DNA from: an uncultured delta proteobacterium
Lineage (GTDB): Bacteria; Desulfobacterota; Syntrophia; Syntrophales; UBA2185
NCBI GenBank assembly: GCA_963695875.1
Contig: CAVOID010000011.1
Span: 32,001 to 96,000 of the forward strand
Direction: 5' to 3'
Length of the DNA stretch: 64,000 nt
This document shows, in pieces, positions 1 to 10,208 of this stretch. The notes under the pieces were generated by a model. That model had not been told where the DNA came from. It did not search any database and saw nothing but the letters and a program-made list of their open reading frames with translations. The position numbers and the translations under genes are program-made. The stretch's first letter is position 1; the number at the start of each line of letters is the position of its first letter.

Positions 1-1
1 A

Positions 2-376
2 ATAAGACATAAAGTATGGCTGGAAAAAAACGGGAAAACTATTTTCTGTAAAGGCCGTCAAGAACTATTGCGCTCCATTGATGAGTTACAAAGCCTCAGT
101 GCGGCTGCAAAGAAATTAAATATGTCTTATCGGGCAGCATGGGGAAAACTAAAGACCTCAGAAGAGCGACTGGGCGTGAAATTGACTTGTTTGCAAGCAC
201 ACGGCAAAGGAATGAGTTTAACCGCCGAAGCAAGAGCGCTTTTGAACAAATTTGATGAACTACAACGTGATGCGTCGTCATTCTTTAATGATTACGTTCA
301 TAATTTTTCATCAGGAAAAAAAATCAAAAAACATTTGAAGACAAATAATAAAGTAGTGGAACATTTCTCCCAGTAA
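2..376 (+). CDS. ModE-type winged-helix transcriptional regulator (HTH only; 5' end outside window)
   Basis: Frame open from base 2: IRHKVWLEKNGKTIFCKGRQELLRSIDELQSLSAAAKKLNMSYRAAWGKLK, the ModE N-terminal signature. No TOBE domains follow. Confidence 0.85.
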   Translation: MRHKVWLEKNGKTIFCKGRQELLRSIDELQSLSAAAKKLNMSYRAAWGKLKTSEERLGVKLTCLQAHGKGMSLTAEARALLNKFDELQRDASSFFNDYVHNFSSGKKIKKHLKTNNKVVEHFSQ

Positions 377-527
377 TCGTTTCCTTTAAAATCTATCCAG
401 AGTGCGCAGTAGTAGGTGAAACAAATACTATCCTTTTTATCCAGTTCTTCCTGACGTCTTCAGAAGCAATATTTCAAAGAATATTGTATATATCAACCGG
501 TAATCAATATTCTTCGAGGCATGTAAT

Positions 528-2357
528 ATGAGCAACAAAAGTAAGACAAAAGTGCAACTTATAAAAGAGTTGGAAGAAATGCGTCAGCGAATTGCCAATT
601 CAGAAACCGAGCATCAGCAATCAGAGCATACAATCCACAAAATGAACGCGCGGTTGAGCGCCATGATAAAAGCTTTTGATGGGTTAATTTACGTTTGTTC
701 CCAGGATTACAGTATCGAGTTTATGAACGAACATCTCATCAAGCGGACTGGTTATGATGGTACCGGGGAACTGTGTTACAAAGTTTTGCATGACCGGGAT
801 TCGATCTGTTCGTGGTGCGTCAATGACCGTGTCTTTAAGGGAGAAACAGTACGGTGGGAAGTAAAGAGTCCCAAAGACAACCGGTGGTATTACATCGTAA
901 ACGCACCTGTATGCAACGAGGATGGAACGATCTCCAAACAGGCAATGATTTTGGACATCACCAAGCGCAAGCAGGCCGAGGAGGCGCTCCAGCAAGCCCA
1001 CAGTAATTTGGAACGAATGATAGAGGAGCGAACTTCTGAGCTTTTAATGATAAACCGGGAACTGAACGAAGAGATAGAAAAGCACAGACAAGCCGAGGAG
1101 TCTTTAAAAGAGTCGGAAGAAAAGTACAGAAGCGTTGTCGAAAATATCGGTATTGGCGTATCTCTAATAAGCCCAAATATGGAAATACTGACCCTGAATA
1201 ATCAGATGAAAAAATGGTTTCCCGATATCGATGCTACAAAAAGACCCATCTGCTATAAGGCTTTTAATGATCCTCCAAGAGAGGCCGTCTGCTCCTATTG
1301 TCTTACGTACAAGACACTTCAAGACGGACAGGTGCATGAATCCGTTACGGAAACATCTGCGGGGAATAAGATCAAAAACTACAGGATAATTTCGTCACCA
1401 GTTAAAGACATGAACGGCAACGTTATTGCGGCCATAGAAATGGTGGATGATATTACTGAGAACAAAAAGATGCAGGAGGCGCTACGGGAATCAGAACGGC
1501 GATTATCCGATATCATTGATTTCTTGCCTGATGCAACATTCGCTATCGACCTCAATGGTAAGGTCATCGCATGGAACCGGGCCATCGAAGAGATGACCGG
1601 GGTTAAGGCCGAAAACATGCTGGGGAAAGGAGATTATGAATATGCCCTTTCGTTTTATGGGATTCGGAGGCCGATACTGATTGATCTTGTATTCATCTCC
1701 GATGCAGATATCATTAAGAAATATCACTTTGTCAAGGAAGAGGGAAGTGTTCTTTTAGCAGAGACAAACGTATCTGTAAGGGGGGTACCCAGCGTACTTT
1801 GGGGGAAAGCAGGGCCGTTGTATGACAGTAGGGGCAACATGGTAGGTGCCATTGAGTCTATCCGTGATATCACGGGAAGGAAATTGGCCGAAAAGGCACT
1901 AAAAAAAAGAGAAAGAGACTTGAAGGTTAAATCCCATAATCTCGAGGAACTCAATGCTGCCCTGAAAGTCCTCTTGAGGCAGAGGGAAAAAGACAAATAC
2001 GAACTCGAAGAGAAGATACTGCTTAATGTCAAGCAAGTCGCTATGCCTTATATTGAAAAGTTGAAAAAGAGCGGCCTAGATGCCAAAGAAACAGACTATG
2101 TAAGTATCCTTGAATCAAATCTGAAAAACATTATCTCTCCATTCTCAAGCAAGCTGTCCTCACAATACCTGAATCTTACTCCCAAGGAAATTCAAATAGC
2201 CAACCTTATTAAGGAAGGCAAGACGACCAAGGAGATCGCTGGATTGTTGAATGTTTCGCCGGGGACGGTTGAATTTCACAGGGAAAATATCAGGATTAAA
2301 CTTAATCTTAAAAATAAAAAAGACAATTTGAGAACCTATCTTTTGACACTATCATAA
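528..2357 (+). CDS. Multi-PAS domain LuxR-family transcriptional regulator
   Basis: Three PAS/PAC segments ending DITKRK, DITENK and DITGRK. C-terminal LuxR HTH (LTPKEIQIANLIKEGKTTKEIA...TVEFHRENIRIKL). Confidence 0.9.
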   Translation: MSNKSKTKVQLIKELEEMRQRIANSETEHQQSEHTIHKMNARLSAMIKAFDGLIYVCSQDYSIEFMNEHLIKRTGYDGTGELCYKVLHDRDSICSWCVNDRVFKGETVRWEVKSPKDNRWYYIVNAPVCNEDGTISKQAMILDITKRKQAEEALQQAHSNLERMIEERTSELLMINRELNEEIEKHRQAEESLKESEEKYRSVVENIGIGVSLISPNMEILTLNNQMKKWFPDIDATKRPICYKAFNDPPREAVCSYCLTYKTLQDGQVHESVTETSAGNKIKNYRIISSPVKDMNGNVIAAIEMVDDITENKKMQEALRESERRLSDIIDFLPDATFAIDLNGKVIAWNRAIEEMTGVKAENMLGKGDYEYALSFYGIRRPILIDLVFISDADIIKKYHFVKEEGSVLLAETNVSVRGVPSVLWGKAGPLYDSRGNMVGAIESIRDITGRKLAEKALKKRERDLKVKSHNLEELNAALKVLLRQREKDKYELEEKILLNVKQVAMPYIEKLKKSGLDAKETDYVSILESNLKNIISPFSSKLSSQYLNLTPKEIQIANLIKEGKTTKEIAGLLNVSPGTVEFHRENIRIKLNLKNKKDNLRTYLLTLS

Positions 2358-2528
2358 TGCAGGTTTTTCCCCTGGATTATCCATGTAATCTATTCCTATT
2401 GCATATCCCACTGAGATTTTCTATTAACTAAGCAGCACCATGACACCAAACAAAACTGTAAGAATTTCCATCATCAGATGGAGAGTAGTTCAACACTCCT
2501 AGAAAAAACTATCGCAGGGGGCAATAAT

Positions 2529-2702
2529 ATGGACAAAACAGAATTTAGAAAAAAAACGGAGACTTTGGGAGCTTTAGAAACATCGATTCTTTCTGCCCAT
2601 ATGAAATTTTTCAAGGGAAATTCGGAAGCCTATTGTAACCTGAAGAGAGATGATTTTGTCCTCTATGATACCGTTATCAGGTATTTTACGAATAATTCTT
2701 GA
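2529..2702 (+). CDS. Small hypothetical protein
   Basis: ATG at 2529 preceded by AGGGGG. No recognisable motif. Confidence 0.35.
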   Translation: MDKTEFRKKTETLGALETSILSAHMKFFKGNSEAYCNLKRDDFVLYDTVIRYFTNNS

Positions 2703-2788
2703 AAAGTCACTACACTTGTGGAATCCATCAATTACGTAAATGGCTTGCAAGTCGATATATTTTAGAAGGTTTTTTGAGGTTTACGGGA

Positions 2789-2977
2789 ATGGCAGATAAA
2801 GGGATTACGAAACATCAAATAGTACAAGAACTCGCCGAATTGCGCTGGCGAATTAACAAATTGCAAGACTGGACTCGGCAAATGTTTGGCACAGAAGAGG
2901 AATTCCTTAATCAGAGCCAGAGTTCTCAATTCTTTCTTGGGTTGGGATCATCTCAGGTCGTCAAAGCCGAGGATTAG
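2789..2977 (+). CDS. Small protein or remnant resembling the N-terminal coiled-coil leader of PAS sensor proteins
   Basis: MADKGITKHQIVQELAELRWRINKLQ parallels MSNKSKTKVQLIKELEEMRQRIANSE of the 528 gene. GAGG lies upstream. Confidence 0.4.
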   Translation: MADKGITKHQIVQELAELRWRINKLQDWTRQMFGTEEEFLNQSQSSQFFLGLGSSQVVKAED

Positions 2978-3043
2978 TCTACCATCGAAAAAAAATATCC
3001 GTAGTGGGTAGGGTGCAAAATCAATTAGAAGGAGATTTATGAA

Positions 3044-3226
3044 ATGAAATTTCAGGAGATTCGTCAGATTGCAAAGACATGGGGTGTCGATGCGGGAATT
3101 GGCCGCACGAAGCAGGATATCATCCGCGATATCCAGATAAGTGAAGGAAACTTTCCATGTTATCATACAAAGGAAACATGCGGGAATAATTGTCTCTGGA
3201 AGAAAGACTGCACAAACAACAGATGA
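3044..3226 (+). CDS. Small SAP/Rho-N-like helix-extension-helix protein with C-terminal Cys cluster
   Basis: EIRQIAK...KQDIIRDIQISEGNFPCY...C...CLWKKDC. AGGAG RBS. Confidence 0.75.
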   Translation: MKFQEIRQIAKTWGVDAGIGRTKQDIIRDIQISEGNFPCYHTKETCGNNCLWKKDCTNNR

Positions 3227-3327
3227 ATTTACGCGTCAATTACAAAATTAATAAACTGCCCGGGACTTACGTCAGAAATCGAAATCTTCGAAGTCAGGTG
3301 CACTATCCGTCGAAAGGGTTGAGAAAT

Positions 3328-4860
3328 GTGAAAACATTTGAAATCCTGAAGAAGGCGGAGAAGACGGCGGTATTGCTGGTGTCTCCGGAGACGGGAAGAT
3401 TACCCGAGAAGATGGGGAATCTTGCCCGGTACATTTCCGGCAAGGCAGGAGGCATGGGAGAGGTGGTGTCCGCTTTATGCGAGGGGCTCCTGGCAAGGGG
3501 GATCGATTGCCATCTGACAACGCTGAATTTGAAGAAGCGGTTCCAACAGGAGAGCAACATAGATGAACCGACGTGGCGTAAGATCAGATACACGGTTGAT
3601 CCTGACAAGGTGCATTTAGTGAGTTCCTCCATTTTTGCCGGTCTTTCCTGCGCGTACGCAGGAAACCCGCTTTTGAATGCCGCGGAATTTCAGAAGCAGG
3701 TGGTCAACAACATCATCAAAACAGTGCGTGCTAAGAACGGCGGCAGATTGATTCTCCACAGTCATGACTGGATGGCAGGCGGCACGATCACAGCCTATGC
3801 GAAATCGAGGGGTTGCCCCGTATTGCACACCGTACACAACGTTCATACGGGCTATATACCGGTAGATATGCTTTTCGGTGTTGATGTGGACAGTCTCGCC
3901 AGGAATATCTACTTTTCCGAGGAGCATGGAAAGAAGTGCATCGATTCTCAGGCTACGGCCATTAAGAGCGCCACCCTGGTCAATTTCGTGGGGGAGACGT
4001 TCTTAAGAGAGATCATCGAGGATTATTTTCTGGACAGATCATTCATACCTCCCAACGTCAGGCAGGAGGTCAAGGCGAAGTATCAGCATGGCGCGGCGCT
4101 TTCCATTATGAATGCGGCGTCGCCGAGGATGTATCCGGAGAACTGCGAGCACCTCGTCAGAAGGTACGATCATGGTAACGACGTCATGACGGCAAAAAGG
4201 GATAACTTAGTAGAATTTCAGAAAAGGACAGGCCTCGTCGTCAATCCCGGAGCGGTTCTCCTATACTGGCCGTCCCGGCTGGACGACACGCAAAAGGGCG
4301 TTGAGCTCTTAGAGGACATCGCACTGAAATTTGTGATTGAACATGAAGATGTACAGATTGCTCTTGTAGGGAATGGTGTGGAGGGTGATCGCCGCCATGA
4401 GGAGATTCTGGGAAGAATCGCGTGTGCATCCGGCGGGAAGATAACGTACCAGCGCTTCAGTGAACCGCTTTCCGTGCTCGGTTATGCTGCGGCCAGTGAT
4501 GTCTTCGGCGCTTCTTTCTATGAGCCGTGCGGCCAGATAGATCAGATCGGGAATCTTTTCGGCGCCACGGCAACGAACCGGGACACAGGCGGCTATCATG
4601 ACAAGATACAGGAATTACAGTTAAAGGATGATGGCGCTTCCGGGGATGGGGGAAATGGATTTCTTTTTCAGAATTATGATCCCGGTGGTTTGTGGTACGG
4701 GTTATCCAAGAGTTTGCAGTTTCACAGAAAATCCCCTGAAATAAGGGAAAAGCAACTCAAAAGGATCATGAGAGAGGCCAGACAGAAGTATGATTTAGAC
4801 ACTATGGTTGACGCGTACTTAAGAGTGTATGAAAGGCTCAATGACGGACCTTTATTTTGA
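3328..4860 (+). CDS. Glycogen/starch synthase-like glycosyltransferase (GT5); start uncertain, ORF open from 3190
   Basis: KAGGMGEVV (KTGGL-like), HSHDW, HTVHN, PSRLDDTQKG, SFYEPCGQ, RDTGG motifs. Confidence 0.8.
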   Translation: MKTFEILKKAEKTAVLLVSPETGRLPEKMGNLARYISGKAGGMGEVVSALCEGLLARGIDCHLTTLNLKKRFQQESNIDEPTWRKIRYTVDPDKVHLVSSSIFAGLSCAYAGNPLLNAAEFQKQVVNNIIKTVRAKNGGRLILHSHDWMAGGTITAYAKSRGCPVLHTVHNVHTGYIPVDMLFGVDVDSLARNIYFSEEHGKKCIDSQATAIKSATLVNFVGETFLREIIEDYFLDRSFIPPNVRQEVKAKYQHGAALSIMNAASPRMYPENCEHLVRRYDHGNDVMTAKRDNLVEFQKRTGLVVNPGAVLLYWPSRLDDTQKGVELLEDIALKFVIEHEDVQIALVGNGVEGDRRHEEILGRIACASGGKITYQRFSEPLSVLGYAAASDVFGASFYEPCGQIDQIGNLFGATATNRDTGGYHDKIQELQLKDDGASGDGGNGFLFQNYDPGGLWYGLSKSLQFHRKSPEIREKQLKRIMREARQKYDLDTMVDAYLRVYERLNDGPLF

Positions 4861-5266
4861 GTATTTTACACCCCTCTTAATAGCATAACTACTTTTCTTA
4901 ATCCCCTAACCTTCGTAACTAACTTCCTGTTATCAATGAAAACTGCATACAGAGCAATATCCACTGTTTCAAATGCAAGTCATCGGTTCTGATTACTACC
5001 GGGTCAGTTCATTGAATTCCAGCTAAAAGATGCGATGCCGGAACAGGTTATTACTCCGTTCATGGAAAAAGGTGAAAGACCTCTTGTAATCTTCGTTGCT
5101 GATTCAAATCATCCATATAACTTTTCAATCGCTAATCAAAAAAAGTCACCCCAATGCGGCATTTATGTATTGAAACCCAAAGAGCTCTGACTTAAAATGT
5201 ATATATAAGTTGAAAACTGATTGAAGCATTTGAAGAACCTTGAATTTCCAAAACGTGAGGGGTGCC

Positions 5267-5662
5267 ATGAGAACCAAACTGGTAAGGATTTTAATGGCTA
5301 AACTTGGCGAGGGGTACGTGGCAGCTCTGAAGACTCTCACCTTGGCTTTCCGGGATGCCGGGTACGAAGTGGTATACACGGATATCCAGAGGCCTGAGGC
5401 CATCGTCGCTTCAGCAATCCAGGAATGTGTCGACCATATCGGGATAACGACATTGCCAGGAGCCAATATCGAAGACCTCGCCAGAGTTGTAGAACTTCTG
5501 AAGAAGGAGGATTCATCACATATCAAGGTTACCGCCGGCGGCTATTTAGAGCACGATAAAATCCCTAAGGTAAGGGAGATGGGGGTAGTTGAATTCTTCC
5601 CCATAGGAACCTCCATATCGGAACTTATTGAATGGGCGAGGGCTAATATCAAACCAACGTAG
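5267..5662 (+). CDS. Stand-alone cobalamin-binding-like domain (methylmalonyl-CoA mutase C-terminal type) lacking DxHxxG
   Basis: RILMAKLG...FRDAGYEVVYT...PEAIVASAIQECVDHIGITTL...VTAGG...MGVVEFF. GAGGGG RBS. Confidence 0.8.
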   Translation: MRTKLVRILMAKLGEGYVAALKTLTLAFRDAGYEVVYTDIQRPEAIVASAIQECVDHIGITTLPGANIEDLARVVELLKKEDSSHIKVTAGGYLEHDKIPKVREMGVVEFFPIGTSISELIEWARANIKPT

Positions 5663-5763
5663 GGGTGAATAAAATGTGGGGTCTTTACCGGAAAATGCTC
5701 CTCAATCTCTGGCCTTTATCGTGCGTCGTTATAATTTTATAACAGGGGGTCTTTATTAATAAG

Positions 5764-6120
5764 TTGTGGAAATATTTCGAATGTCAAAGATGCGGGAAAT
5801 GTTGTCTTGAACTCGGTTTACCTTGTGACCCAGAGTCACTCTTAAATATATCTACGTATCTAAATATTTCCGAAAAACAAGTTATCGAAAAATATTATGG
5901 GAAATTATCAGCAGACGATTCTAAATGGGAATCGAATGACAGGAAAAGGATTCCATGTCCTTTTTTAAAAGGCACTGATGGCAGATATTTTTGTGAGATT
6001 TATCCTGCGAGGCCGGAGGGCTGCAGAGTGTATCCAATGGAATCAGTAGGCGGACGATTTTGCCCAAGATGGGAGATTGCAATCTCGAAATTGAAAAAAG
6101 AACAGGAAGAAGAAATATAG
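5764..6120 (+). CDS. YkgJ-family cysteine-cluster protein
   Basis: CQRCGKCC, CPFL, CEIYPARPEGCRVYP. Confidence 0.85.
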   Translation: MWKYFECQRCGKCCLELGLPCDPESLLNISTYLNISEKQVIEKYYGKLSADDSKWESNDRKRIPCPFLKGTDGRYFCEIYPARPEGCRVYPMESVGGRFCPRWEIAISKLKKEQEEEI

Positions 6121-6392
6121 CTTGGTTTAGAATAACAAAATCTCAACGGTATACTTAATTTCTATTTGATCTTTACCCAACCTTACAACGTTCCAATCAG
6201 TAATCAAAAAGATTAGATGACGAAGCAGGCGGAGCTATGTCCGGTTTCGCCGCAGTAACTTCAGATATTTCGATGCCCGATTTCAGGGAATCTCTTATGG
6301 TAGGAACTGCATTAACATCGTAAAATAACTTATATGTCGTTTAATGCATGAAATGACAAATGAAGAAAAAGTGAGAACGGAGGGAAGAAGAT

Positions 6393-6905
6393 ATGGCAAC
6401 TTCAACAGGAATTCAATTGGCTCAAAGCATCCGCCGGAGGATCGAAGAATTGAAGAAAGTATGCGAAGGGCTTGATGAGAGTATAGCTTCTCGTGCGCCT
6501 GAGGGACGATGGTCTCCCAAAGAAATCCTTTCCCACCTTTTGGGGCCCGAAGGATCCGGCCACCTACCGATGCTTCAGGCCTTTCTCGACCGGGAGACTC
6601 CGAGGATCGACATTGAACCCGAGAACCCTTTTTTCTCTGAGAAGCGTGCCCGGATGACCTTTGCTCAACTCCTCGCAGAGGTCGAAAGGGAGTACGACCG
6701 TATCTCTAAATTTGCGGCAGGCTTATCTGGGGAACAGCTCGACCGGAAGGCGAATATTCCCATGCTCAAAGACTCGCCGTTTGGAGAATATCCGACACTG
6801 GGAACCTGGATCGGCCTGCTCGGGGGCTCGGAAGAGTCTCATTTTAAATTTCATGTCAACCACATGCGTGAGATCTTGCAGGGTCTGGGTGTACCGGCAA
6901 AGTGA
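6393..6905 (+). CDS. DinB-family protein
   Basis: [12 protein letters not shown] and C-terminal [16 protein letters not shown]. Confidence 0.8.
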   Translation: MATSTGIQLAQSIRRRIEELKKVCEGLDESIASRAPEGRWSPKEILSHLLGPEGSGHLPMLQAFLDRETPRIDIEPENPFFSEKRARMTFAQLLAEVEREYDRISKFAAGLSGEQLDRKANIPMLKDSPFGEYPTLGTWIGLLGGSEESHFKFHVNHMREILQGLGVPAK

Positions 6906-7028
6906 GAAAGAAGCCGAAAGCACACCGACCGGGCTTTAGTACCTTGTCGAACTCTGTGACTTGGCAGATGGACCTGTCGCGGTTCAGTTTTATTGGGATG
7001 ACCGCTTGGTGGTGAAGGACCGTAGAAT

Positions 7029-7769
7029 ATGAAAATCTATGTCGGCACAAGCGGGTATGGGTACAAGGAATGGAAAGGAAAATTCTATCCTGAGAAGATC
7101 TCGCCCAAGGAAATGCTTCGCTTCTATTCGGAACGCCTCGGCGCGGTAGAGATCAATAATACTTTTTATCATATGCCCAAAAAGGACGTTCTCGCATCCT
7201 GGGCGGAACAGGTCCCCGACGATTTTGTCTTCGCGCTCAAAGCGCCTCAGGTCATAACGCATCTGAAGCGGTTGAGAAATGTGGGTGCGGAGACCGAGTA
7301 CCTCTTCAGGTCGCTATCAGTTCTGGACAGGAAACTGGGGCCGGTCCTTTTTCAGTTTCCCAAGAGTTTTCATGCAGACCACCCTGCGCTGGAAGATTTT
7401 CTCTCTCTGATTCCCGGCAATATGTCCTGCGCATTCGAGTTCCGCAGCCCATCCTGGCTCGATGTTGAAATTCTGGATCTCCTTCGTGAAAAGAGATGCA
7501 GCCTGTGCATAGCTGATGTTGATGAGCATCCGACAGATGAGATCATCAGTACGGCGTCATGGGGATACATGCGCTTGCGCCGTTCCGATTATACAGATGC
7601 CGATCTGTCACAATGGATGGAGAGAATCCTTTCACAGAAATGGGAGCTGGCTTTCGTTTTTTTTAAACATGAGGAAGAGGCCAAAGGGCCCGAAATGGCG
7701 ATACGTTTTCGTGAGCTTACCGATTCAAGGGTAAAGAAAATCAAGACAGTACGGCAGAAAATGAAATAG
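7029..7769 (+). CDS. DUF72 (YecE-like) protein
   Basis: VGTSGY, VEINNTFY, KAPQVITH, LFQFPKSF, AFEFR, YMRLR. Confidence 0.9.
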   Translation: MKIYVGTSGYGYKEWKGKFYPEKISPKEMLRFYSERLGAVEINNTFYHMPKKDVLASWAEQVPDDFVFALKAPQVITHLKRLRNVGAETEYLFRSLSVLDRKLGPVLFQFPKSFHADHPALEDFLSLIPGNMSCAFEFRSPSWLDVEILDLLREKRCSLCIADVDEHPTDEIISTASWGYMRLRRSDYTDADLSQWMERILSQKWELAFVFFKHEEEAKGPEMAIRFRELTDSRVKKIKTVRQKMK

Positions 7770-7811
7770 GAAGCGAGCCGTCATACCGCTTCTCGTTGCT
7801 CGAAGGTGAGT

Positions 7812-7857
7812 CTGCCTATCCGCCTCTGAAACTCGCAGGAGGAAGAGGCGAGGCAGG
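7812..7857. terminator. Hairpin between convergent DUF72 and glmM genes
   Basis: CTGCCT..GCCTCT pairs with AGAGGC.AGGCAG. Confidence 0.35.
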
Positions 7858-7924
7858 ATTTAATCCGGCACTGTCTATAAAGTAAAGTATCGGGAAAGAG
7901 TTCTGTATGTATTAGATTTTTTCT

Positions 7925-9274
7925 TCAGGTCAGCTTTTTTTTCACTACCTCGGCAATTCGCTGGCAATATTTCTTCGTTTCTTCGTGGGTAGGGCCTTCC
8001 ACCATGACGCGGCACATCTTCTGTGTTCCCGAATAGCGAACGAGAACACGGCCCCTGTTTCCCAGAGCCTTCTCCACATCTTTGATCGCCTTTGAGATTT
8101 CCGGAACGGTAGATAACTCAGGCCGTGTTTTTACATCTATGTTAATAAGTACCTGGGGAAAGACTGCCATTATCTTTGCAAGCTCAGAAAGACGTTTGCC
8201 TTCTCTCTTCATCGCAGTGAGCACCTGTAATGCCGTTATAATGCCGTCTCCCGTTGTATGATGCTGCAAAAAAAGCAAATGGCCTGAGTCTTCACCGCCA
8301 ATCATTGCCCCTCTGTTTATCATTTCTTCCAAAACATATCTGTCCCCAACCTTGGTAATCACAGAATTAATACCCAGTTTTTCAAAGGCAACGGTGAGAC
8401 CGATGTTACTCATCACGGTTCTTACAACCAGATTATTGTTGAGCGTACCTTCTTTTTTCATCATGCCTGCGCAGACGGCCAGTATCTGGTCCCCTGTTAA
8501 AACTGCACCTTTTTCATCAACGGCTATCAGACGGTCACCGTCACCATCGAAGGCAAATCCGACATCTGCCTTTCTCTTCATTACTTCTTCAGCGAGTTTT
8601 TCCGGGTACTGGGATCCGCAAGCAACGTTAATGTTTACGCCGTCGGGATGATTAAACAATGTAGTCACCTCAGCTCCCAGCTCGAAAAAAGTATCCGGGG
8701 CTATTCTATAGGTTGCCCCATTTGCGCAATCGAGGACGATTCTCATTCCCTCCAGGGTGAATTCCTTGGGAAAGGTGTGTTTTAAAAACACCGTATACCT
8801 CCCCCTTGCATCATCCAGTCGATACACCTTACCCAGGTCTCCCGGTGAAGGGCGATGTTTATGCGAGTTGTTTGCAAAGATGAACTCTTCCATGGCAAGC
8901 TCCTTTTCATCAGGAAGCTTGAATCCTTCACTTGAGAAGATCTTGATGCCGTTATCCTGAAGGGGGTTGTGAGATGCGGATATAACAATACCGGCGTCTG
9001 CCCTCATGCTGCTCGTGAGAAATGCGATACCGGGCGTAGGCATGACACCGACCATGATGGCATTCACCCCCATGGAACAGATCCCCGAAACAAGGGCACT
9101 CTCAAACATATAACCCGAAATACGGGTATCCTTGCCGATAATGATTTTTGGAACATGACCTTTCTTCTTGAAGAGATGGGCGGTAGCCCGGCCGATGTTC
9201 AAGGCCATTTCGGCCGTCATGGGATATTCATTGGCGATGCCTCGTATGCCGTCCGTACCAAAAAGTTTTCCCAA
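7925..9274 (-). CDS. glmM: Phosphoglucosamine mutase
   Basis: FGTDGIRG, ISASHNP, FDGDGDR, VRYSGT. TTG start at 9274 after AAGGAGG. Confidence 0.95.
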   Translation of the reverse strand: MGKLFGTDGIRGIANEYPMTAEMALNIGRATAHLFKKKGHVPKIIIGKDTRISGYMFESALVSGICSMGVNAIMVGVMPTPGIAFLTSSMRADAGIVISASHNPLQDNGIKIFSSEGFKLPDEKELAMEEFIFANNSHKHRPSPGDLGKVYRLDDARGRYTVFLKHTFPKEFTLEGMRIVLDCANGATYRIAPDTFFELGAEVTTLFNHPDGVNINVACGSQYPEKLAEEVMKRKADVGFAFDGDGDRLIAVDEKGAVLTGDQILAVCAGMMKKEGTLNNNLVVRTVMSNIGLTVAFEKLGINSVITKVGDRYVLEEMINRGAMIGGEDSGHLLFLQHHTTGDGIITALQVLTAMKREGKRLSELAKIMAVFPQVLINIDVKTRPELSTVPEISKAIKDVEKALGNRGRVLVRYSGTQKMCRVMVEGPTHEETKKYCQRIAEVVKKKLT

Positions 9275-9345
9275 AGAGGACCTCCTTAACAAGGATTTTT
9301 ACAACAATCAGGACAATTTTGCAACAGGGATAAAGCGGCTGATGA

Positions 9346-10195
9346 TTATACATGCGGGTTGGTACCGAAGCGTGTCAGAAGAACTCCTCCCAGGCCGATG
9401 ACAATGGCACACATCTTGACCATCCAGCCCACATAAGGTATCCATCCGATCAGCCATAGAATGATGAGTCCCCAGATCGTCTCACGCATCAAGCTTTGAT
9501 CATGTCTTTTCAAAACAGTAAACAATTTCCGGCCGACAAGCTGCGACACTGCTATGAAACCCAGGAGAACTGCAAACAGAACAATGGCCATTTCCAAAGG
9601 AATCAACACAATACCGATAACTGAAACAGCAAGGAGCACCGCCAGCGGGACAACCAATACCAGTCCGGTAAGGCCCCAGGTAGTAACCTTGAAAGGCTTT
9701 TCCTTGATGGCTGACGAAATAAGACGTACGGGTTTCGGAATCAGGAATACGGTCAGGATGGTTACAAGAAGGACACCGAGAAAAATGGATAAAGAGACAA
9801 TGGCAAAAATCCAGGACCATCCCTCCCATTCTTCACTCAGGGCGTTCGTTATAGCTGCAGAGATATCATCTGTATTGATCTCGGTGAGGGTTACCATAGA
9901 CTTCCGCACCTCTTCCCCTGACAATGATTCCTCCGAGAGAAAAAACATTCCCGCCGACCACGGCTGTCCTTGTCAGAACTATGGATCCCCCAATGGACAC
10001 AACATTGTTTTCAACAACACCATCTACGGTAATTTGCCCGCCGATCGCCAGGACATTGCGAACCTTCGTTCCTTCCTCGATTGTCACATTGCTGCCGATT
10101 TTTACGATGTTTGCACTGTCCGCTCTGACTGTTGCAGCTGAACAGAGAAATAAGCCTGTAACCAGAATCAATAGAAGTAGCGAATTTTTTTTCAT
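9346..10195 (-). CDS. Signal peptide + beta-helix (bactofilin/polymer-forming-like) + multi-TM membrane protein; one frameshift near 9890
   Basis: ORFs 9866..10195 and 9346..9948 join. Repeats IGSNVTI / IGGQITVDG / IGGSIVL / VGGNV, then about five hydrophobic helices. Confidence 0.65.
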
Positions 10196-10208
10196 ACCTT
10201 TTCTCCAT

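Noticed and set aside
4936..5190. ATG-initiated frame with an internal TGA at 4990 that continues for 65 codons (possible second selenoprotein)
   Set aside because: No RBS, no redox motif around the TGA and no recognisable fold. More likely a gene remnant or chance.
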